Shown here piece after piece: positions 58,437-64,000 of a stretch of DNA of 64,000 bases. This DNA comes from Bacteroidia bacterium (lineage in GTDB: Bacteria; Bacteroidota; Bacteroidia; UKL13-3), in contig JBILBF010000001.1 of the NCBI GenBank assembly GCA_044353855.1, positions 642,233-706,232 on the forward strand, read 5' to 3'. A model generated the notes under the pieces. The model ran no database searches and had not been told where the DNA came from. It saw only the letters and a list, made by a program, of their open reading frames with translations. The translations under genes and the position numbers were made by a program. The stretch's first letter is position 1. Every line of letters begins with the position of its first letter.

Positions 58437-59588
58437 CTATGCCTGCAATACAATTCTAAACGTAGTTCCCTTGTTAACTTCCGAATGTTTCACAAATATT
58501 TTACCACGGTGGTAATCTTCTATAATACGTTTGGCTAAAGATAGGCCAAGCCCCCAACCTCTTTTTTTGGTGGTATATCCAGGCTTAAATACTGTTTTAA
58601 GTTTGGAAGGAGGTATTCCTTTTCCTGAATCTGTTATATCTATTAATACCGAGTCGCCTTGTGCTTGGGTTCGCATGGTAATACTGCCTTCTCCTGTCAT
58701 AGCATCAATAGCATTTTTGCAAATATTTTCAACTACCCATTCAAATAAAGGCACATTCATTTGTGCAGTTAGTTCGTCTTCATTTTTGACCAATAAAAAT
58801 TGAACACGTTGTGAAGTACGAAGTTGTAAATAGTTGATGCTGTCTTGTAAAATTTCGTCAACAATTTCCGTTTCCAATTTGGGTGCTGATCCTATTTTTG
58901 AAAATCGCTCGGTAATCAATTCCAATCGTTTTACATCTTTTTCTAGCTCTAATAAATATTCTTCTTGATCTACTTTTTCTGTTTCGCGTATCAAATTTAT
59001 CCAACCCATCAGGGATGAAATGGGTGTTCCCAATTGGTGAGCTGTTTCTTTGCTCATACCCACCCATACTTGATTTTGCTCGGCTCTGCGCGAAGAACTA
59101 AATGCTAAATAAGCAACCAAAATAAAAATACCAATAATACTAAGTTGGTAGTAAGGATATTGTTTGAGTTGGGTTAGAATAATAGAGTTGCGGTAATATA
59201 AATAATTGTAACGTTTGTTCACCTCGTCATATAAAATAGGAATGGGTTCTTTGTTTTCAATCATATTGGCTAGTTGAGTACGCAAATAAACAGTATCGTT
59301 TGAGCGGGTCGAATCTAAATTTCGGTGAGCGATTATTTCACCTTTATCATCCACTAAAATAACTGGGATGGACTCATTGTCTTTAATGATGTCAAGTAAA
59401 AAAGTAAAATCGCCTTCTGCCTTTACCAGTTGTTTGGTGGCATTAGCCCATAACACTACTTTTTTTTCTTCCTCTTTAGCTAGCTTTTGTACCAGCTTTT
59501 GGGTATACCATAGCGAATACATACCAATGCCAATGGCAATGATAAAGAGGATTCGCTTCCACCATATTTTTTGTTCGTACAATCGCAT
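58437..59588 (-). CDS. sensor histidine kinase (membrane, orphan)
   Basis: Two N-terminal TM helices; HisKA H-box (ETAHQLGTPISSLMGW); HATPase_c (GWGLGLSLAKRIIEDYHRGKI). Confidence 0.8.
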   Translation of the reverse strand: MRLYEQKIWWKRILFIIAIGIGMYSLWYTQKLVQKLAKEEEKKVVLWANATKQLVKAEGDFTFLLDIIKDNESIPVILVDDKGEIIAHRNLDSTRSNDTVYLRTQLANMIENKEPIPILYDEVNKRYNYLYYRNSIILTQLKQYPYYQLSIIGIFILVAYLAFSSSRRAEQNQVWVGMSKETAHQLGTPISSLMGWINLIRETEKVDQEEYLLELEKDVKRLELITERFSKIGSAPKLETEIVDEILQDSINYLQLRTSQRVQFLLVKNEDELTAQMNVPLFEWVVENICKNAIDAMTGEGSITMRTQAQGDSVLIDITDSGKGIPPSKLKTVFKPGYTTKKRGWGLGLSLAKRIIEDYHRGKIFVKHSEVNKGTTFRIVLQA

Positions 59589-59608
59589 ATTGCTCGAATA
59601 TATAGATA

Positions 59609-60370
59609 TTGCAACAATTATTGAATAACGCTGTTATGCTAGCAATTATTGAGCACCTACAAATAAAACGAACTGTTGACTTTAGCAAACCGCTAGATAT
59701 ATCGATTCCAATGCACTCGGGGACAAACAATCCCAATGCGTTTGGCATTCAGCCACCTGAGTTTAAACCTTTTGAAGCGGGTGGATTTGTAGGCTCTGTG
59801 GCACAAGGAGGAAGTGTAAATTGCAAAAATTTATTTTTGAATGCACATGGTAATGGCACCCATACCGAATGTGTAGGTCATATTAGCAAAGAAAAAATAA
59901 CCATTAACCAAACGCTCTCTCAGTTTTTTGCCATTGCACAAGTTATTACCCTTGAACCACAACACAACATATTAAGCCAAGCACAAGTTGAGCAGTTGTT
60001 GGATGCTAACACGGAAGCACTTATCATTCGCACATTGCCTAATGATGAAAGGAAATTAACCCGCAATTATTCGGGTAATAATCCTGCTTGTTTAACGGCT
60101 GACCTGTGCAAACTATTGGCACACAAAAACATTAAACATTTACTCATTGATTTGCCTTCGGTAGATCCTGAAGAAGATGGAGGCGCATTATCGGCTCACC
60201 ATGCTTTTTGGAACTATCCAGCAAATCCACGTTTGGATGCTACCATTACTGAAATGGTATTTGTACCCAACCAGATAACTGATGGCATGTATTTACTCAA
60301 TTTACAGATAGCATCATTGGAAACTGATGCAAGCCCAAGTAAGCCTGTATTGTATGCATTTTTACCATAA
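59609..60370 (+). CDS. cyclase-family protein (kynurenine formamidase-like)
   Basis: HGNGTHTECVGH resembles the HxGTHxDxPxH metal-binding motif of the cyclase/arylformamidase family; start may be a downstream ATG. Confidence 0.65.
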   Translation: MQQLLNNAVMLAIIEHLQIKRTVDFSKPLDISIPMHSGTNNPNAFGIQPPEFKPFEAGGFVGSVAQGGSVNCKNLFLNAHGNGTHTECVGHISKEKITINQTLSQFFAIAQVITLEPQHNILSQAQVEQLLDANTEALIIRTLPNDERKLTRNYSGNNPACLTADLCKLLAHKNIKHLLIDLPSVDPEEDGGALSAHHAFWNYPANPRLDATITEMVFVPNQITDGMYLLNLQIASLETDASPSKPVLYAFLP

Positions 60371-60402
60371 TTTTTAAACAACAGGAAACCTAAACACACA
60401 AT

Positions 60403-61470
60403 ATGACTGAATATACAGAAGAGGTAGACGACACCGAAGAATCGACAGAGCAAGATTTATTTGAACACCATCGTATTGTAACGGATAAGGGACAAGCTTT
60501 ACTGCGCATCGATAAATTTTTGATGCACAAAATGCAAAATGCAAGCCGCAGTAAAATACAAAATGCAGCTGATACAGGGTGTATTTTGGTAAACGATAAA
60601 GCGGTAAAATCGAGTTATAAAGTAAAGCCCTTTGATATTATTTCGGTTGTTTTTCCGCATCCACCTAAAGATAATGATACCATTGTTGCCGAAGAAATTC
60701 CGTTGGATATTATATACGAAGATGAGGATGTATTGATTGTAAATAAACCTGCTGGTATGGTAGTGCACCCAGGATACAATAATGTTACAGGTACATTGGT
60801 AAATGCTTTGGCATGGCATTTAAAAGATACCTCGTTTGCCAAGGATGGAAATATTCGTCCGGGATTGGTTCACCGCATTGATAAAGATACAACTGGTTTA
60901 TTGGTTGTTGCCAAAAATGAATTTGCGATGACACATTTAGCCAAACAGTTTTTTCACCATACCATTAAGCGTTCATATATTGCTTTGGCTTGGGCCGATT
61001 TTGAAGAAGAAGAAGGCACAGTAACAGGTTATATTGGCAGAAGCACCCGCGATAGAAAAGTGTTTACCATGTATGAGGATGAAACTGAAGGGAAGTGGAG
61101 TGTTACTCATTACAAAGTATTGGAGCGGATGAATTATGTAACCTTATTAGAGTGCAAGTTAGAAACAGGCCGTACACATCAAATTAGGGTTCACATGAAA
61201 CACATAGGGCATTCCTTATTTTCGGATAGTACATATGGTGGCGATCGTATTTTAAAAGGTACCACTTTTACCAAATACAAGCAATTTGTAGATAACTGTT
61301 TTCGCATTATGCCAAGGCAAGCATTGCACGCCCGTTCCTTAGGATTTGTACACCCAGTTACAGGTAAAGAGTTGTTTTTTGAAGCGCCATTACCTGCCGA
61401 TTTTACAGGCGTACTCGAAAAATGGAGAGGATACAGCAAACATGTAATTGAAAAAAATGAAGCAGAATAG
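60403..61470 (+). CDS. rluD: RluA-family 23S rRNA pseudouridine synthase (RluD-like) with S4 domain
   Basis: S4 RNA-binding domain; catalytic HRIDKDTTGLLVVAKN. Confidence 0.85.
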   Translation: MTEYTEEVDDTEESTEQDLFEHHRIVTDKGQALLRIDKFLMHKMQNASRSKIQNAADTGCILVNDKAVKSSYKVKPFDIISVVFPHPPKDNDTIVAEEIPLDIIYEDEDVLIVNKPAGMVVHPGYNNVTGTLVNALAWHLKDTSFAKDGNIRPGLVHRIDKDTTGLLVVAKNEFAMTHLAKQFFHHTIKRSYIALAWADFEEEEGTVTGYIGRSTRDRKVFTMYEDETEGKWSVTHYKVLERMNYVTLLECKLETGRTHQIRVHMKHIGHSLFSDSTYGGDRILKGTTFTKYKQFVDNCFRIMPRQALHARSLGFVHPVTGKELFFEAPLPADFTGVLEKWRGYSKHVIEKNEAE

Positions 61471-61495
61471 TTAGGGTAAAAATAATTAGAGTAAA

Positions 61496-61526
61496 GGGTT
61501 GTAGCCAAAAGCTACAACCCTTTTTG
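61496..61526 (+). terminator. rho-independent terminator after rluD
   Basis: gggttgtagc caaaa gctacaaccc + TTTTT. Confidence 0.75.
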
Positions 61527-62332
61527 TGTATACTTGTACCATGGATGCAAAACAAATATGCTTACAAGCAGGTGAGTTAGCCAAGCAAGTAGGATTATTT
61601 ATTAAAACAGAAGCTAAAAATTTTAGTGCAGATAAAGTTGAAGAAAAAAGTTTTAACCAATTGGTTTCATACGTAGATAAAACTGCCGAAGAAAAATTGG
61701 TGAAAGGCTTATCTGCTATTTTTCCAGAAGCAGGTTTTATAACCGAAGAAGCAACCATTGCTGTGGAGCAAAAAGAATATATGTGGGTAATAGATCCGTT
61801 GGATGGTACCACCAATTTTATTCACGGTATACCCGTTTACAGTGTGAGCATTGGGTTGCTACAACACCATAAACCCATTATGGGCATTGTGTACGAAATA
61901 AACCGCGATGAATTATTTTATGCATGGGAAGGCAGTAAAGCCTATTTAAATGGAACCGAAATTTCGGTAAAACAAAATGCAGATTTATCCAAATCATTAT
62001 TGGCCACAGGTTTTCCGTATTACGATTTTGATGGCATGAAAGGATACTTAAATGCATTGCAGTATTTTATGAAAAACACACAGGGTATGCGCAGGTTGGG
62101 AAGTGCTGCCGTTGATTTAGCTTACGTGGCTTGTGGCCGGTTTGATGGTTATTTTGAATACGGTTTAAGCCCCTGGGATGTTGCAGGTGGCGTATTTATT
62201 GTGCAACAAGCGGGTGGTGTAGTTAGCGATTTTAAAGGAGGTGATGATTGTATTTTTGGCAAAGCCATTGTCGCATCATCCAAAGCGTTGTATCCCAGTT
62301 TTTTTGAAGTGGTGCACAAAGAGTTTGCTTAA
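61526..62332 (+). CDS. suhB: inositol monophosphatase family protein
   Basis: WVIDPLDGTTNFIHG and metal-binding Asp/Glu motifs of IMPase; start may be the downstream ATG (MDAKQ). Confidence 0.85.
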   Translation: MYTCTMDAKQICLQAGELAKQVGLFIKTEAKNFSADKVEEKSFNQLVSYVDKTAEEKLVKGLSAIFPEAGFITEEATIAVEQKEYMWVIDPLDGTTNFIHGIPVYSVSIGLLQHHKPIMGIVYEINRDELFYAWEGSKAYLNGTEISVKQNADLSKSLLATGFPYYDFDGMKGYLNALQYFMKNTQGMRRLGSAAVDLAYVACGRFDGYFEYGLSPWDVAGGVFIVQQAGGVVSDFKGGDDCIFGKAIVASSKALYPSFFEVVHKEFA

Positions 62333-62790
62333 AAAAGTTCGCGTACATTAATACCAAACAATGCAGATAAGCCATACAAGGCAAGTGTCCATCCCAAAAA
62401 GGAAAAAAACATATACCGTTTGATGCGCCATTTGTTTTCTTCTAAAGCTGCAGCCATAATCGTTCCAATAGGAACGGATAATAACAGTGGTGTTAAAAAG
62501 GCTATTCCATACAACTCATACTTGATGATAATTTTGACGATCCATCGTTTGGTATTGTTTATTTTAATGCCTCCTTGTTTGGGCTTTGCTGGAAAAAACT
62601 TGCGGTAAATAGTTACAAGTAATTCCCATAAATATAAATAAACCACAACACCCAACATTCCTCCTCCTACTGTGCATATCAGTGTTTCCCAAAATCCCAA
62701 TTCGGTAGTTATTGCTCCAATTACCCCAAATATATATTTAACGGAACTGGTAAGGGCAACACCAATATACTGTGCAATGTGTTCGTTCAT
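62329..62790 (-). CDS. hypothetical integral membrane protein (153 aa, 4 TM)
   Basis: Hydrophobic segments throughout; no motifs; 3' ends overlap suhB by 4 bp (convergent). Confidence 0.5.
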   Translation of the reverse strand: MNEHIAQYIGVALTSSVKYIFGVIGAITTELGFWETLICTVGGGMLGVVVYLYLWELLVTIYRKFFPAKPKQGGIKINNTKRWIVKIIIKYELYGIAFLTPLLLSVPIGTIMAAALEENKWRIKRYMFFSFLGWTLALYGLSALFGINVRELF

Positions 62791-62820
62791 GAGACGGTAA
62801 ATATAGGTAAGTATGTTGAG

Positions 62821-64000
62821 CTATTGTTGCAGAAGTTGATTGTAGTGTTGTATTGCCTCTAATGCTTTAAGTACTGTTTTATCGTTGCTGTTTGTTACTG
62901 TATAATAACCATTGTCTCTCCACAATTGTCGAGCAATTAGTGCTTTGAGTTGGCGGCTTATAAATTCTTTCGTTTGTTTGTTATCAGTTGCACTTGCTTT
63001 AACTCCTTTAGCAGTTGCATAGGTAACAAATTGCGTAAACACATCATCATTAAAACGGTTATTAAAAGCAATTACATCTGTATATTTTTTTAACGCCAAT
63101 CGGTGTACATCAACATACGAATAACAAAACTGATTGAGTAATCCTGCAGATAATACTTCGGTTGTATACTTGTTTCGGTAAGAGGTATCAATAGGCACAA
63201 AAATATCGGGCATAATACCTCCTTTGCTATACACAATACGGCCATTTGCAGTTTTATAAATGGTGCTATCTTTGTGTTTAAATTTGGTGGCATCTTCTAA
63301 TTCTCCTCCCTCAAGTCGGCCGTAAATCTCTTCTTCATAAGCATCGTATCCAATATCATAGGGCTTTTGAATGCTGCGCCCCGAAGGTGTGTAATACCTT
63401 GCTATGGTAAGCCTAATAGCTGATCCATCTTTGAGTTCAAAAGGTTCTTGTACCAATCCTTTTCCAAATGATCTTCTGCCAATTAAAATACCTCTATCCC
63501 AATCTTGTATGGCACCAGAAACTATTTCGCTAGCTGATGCAGAACCCTCATCTATGAGTACAATTAACTTCCCTTTTTCAAATAGACCTTTTCGTTCTGC
63601 GGTGTATTCGTTTTTGGGTTGTGTACGTCCTTGCGTGTACACAATCATTTTATGGTTATCCAACAACTCATCACTTATTTCAGTTGCAGCAGTGAGGTAT
63701 CCTCCAGGGTTTCCTCTTAGGTCTATTACCAAATGTTGCATACCTCGTAGTTTAAGTTGGTTTATGGCGGCCACAAATTCTTCGTGGGTATTGGCTGCAA
63801 ATCGGCTAATTTTTATATAACCAGTTTCCTCATTCAGCATCATGTTTACATCTACACTGTGAATGGGAATGGTATTGCGTGTAATGGTGTAGGGAATTTG
63901 TTGGTTGGCATCGGCACGGTAAATAAGCACTTGAACTTTGGAATCTTTTGGGCCACGCAGTAATTTAAATACGTTTTCATTTTTGATTCCAATACCCGCT
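62821..64000 (-). CDS. S41-family C-terminal processing peptidase (tail-specific protease), 5' partial: frame remains open to the window edge
   Basis: LIDLRGNPGGYLTAATEISD (S41 core) and catalytic Ser/Lys region; upstream of the annotated GTG at 63930 the frame continues (…AGIGIKNENVFKLLRGPKDSKVQV…), a PDZ-like region, with no stop before nt 64000. Confidence 0.85.
   Translation of the reverse strand, partial: AGIGIKNENVFKLLRGPKDSKVQVLIYRADANQQIPYTITRNTIPIHSVDVNMMLNEETGYIKISRFAANTHEEFVAAINQLKLRGMQHLVIDLRGNPGGYLTAATEISDELLDNHKMIVYTQGRTQPKNEYTAERKGLFEKGKLIVLIDEGSASASEIVSGAIQDWDRGILIGRRSFGKGLVQEPFELKDGSAIRLTIARYYTPSGRSIQKPYDIGYDAYEEEIYGRLEGGELEDATKFKHKDSTIYKTANGRIVYSKGGIMPDIFVPIDTSYRNKYTTEVLSAGLLNQFCYSYVDVHRLALKKYTDVIAFNNRFNDDVFTQFVTYATAKGVKASATDNKQTKEFISRQLKALIARQLWRDNGYYTVTNSNDKTVLKALEAIQHYNQLLQQ

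Overview
This is a 64 kb, AT-rich chromosomal segment. Its content (T9SS C-terminal sorting domains on three secreted proteins, two CarboxypepD_reg-type TonB-dependent receptors, a GGGP-synthase homolog, class II RNR) points to a Bacteroidota bacterium. Most of it is dense housekeeping coding sequence: ribH, purN, panD, nrdJ, gdhA, psd, trmB, oligopeptidase B, glyQS, truA, sucD, prmA, kbl, rluD, suhB, an msbA-like ABC exporter, a TPR-sensor kinase/OmpR regulator pair and an S41 peptidase. Four regions stand out. (1) At 13.1-13.7 kb a tRNA-Asn(GUU) gene is split at its anticodon loop into two pseudo-halves; between them lies a ~420 bp insert carrying a complete replacement tRNA-Asn plus a small GIY-YIG (COG2827/UPF0213-like) nuclease gene. 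This looks like a homing-type mini-element that targets a tRNA gene and brings a replacement copy. Both halves and two nearby hairpins also carry copies of an 18-bp perfect palindrome, TCCCGATAGCTATCGGGA. A decayed second copy of the same junction lies downstream of nrdJ at ~11.2 kb. (2) At 20.1-24.6 kb there is a compact, translationally coupled type III PKS cluster (UbiA prenyltransferase, CHS-like PKS, SAM methyltransferase, FAD monooxygenase, SDR), predicted to make a phenolic lipid. (3) A 108-bp tandem repeat at 3.1-3.5 kb carries a hairpin whose pairing is preserved by a compensatory base change between copies. (4) Two TonB-dependent receptor + T9SS cargo pairs flank a thiamine pyrophosphokinase gene, with a 14-unit heptamer microsatellite between them. 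There is also a tRNA-Ser with a 19-nt duplicate of its 3' end 155 bp downstream. No CRISPR array, IS element, integrase or rRNA was found. The ORF track uses alternative start codons (TTG/GTG), so several annotated starts are approximate.
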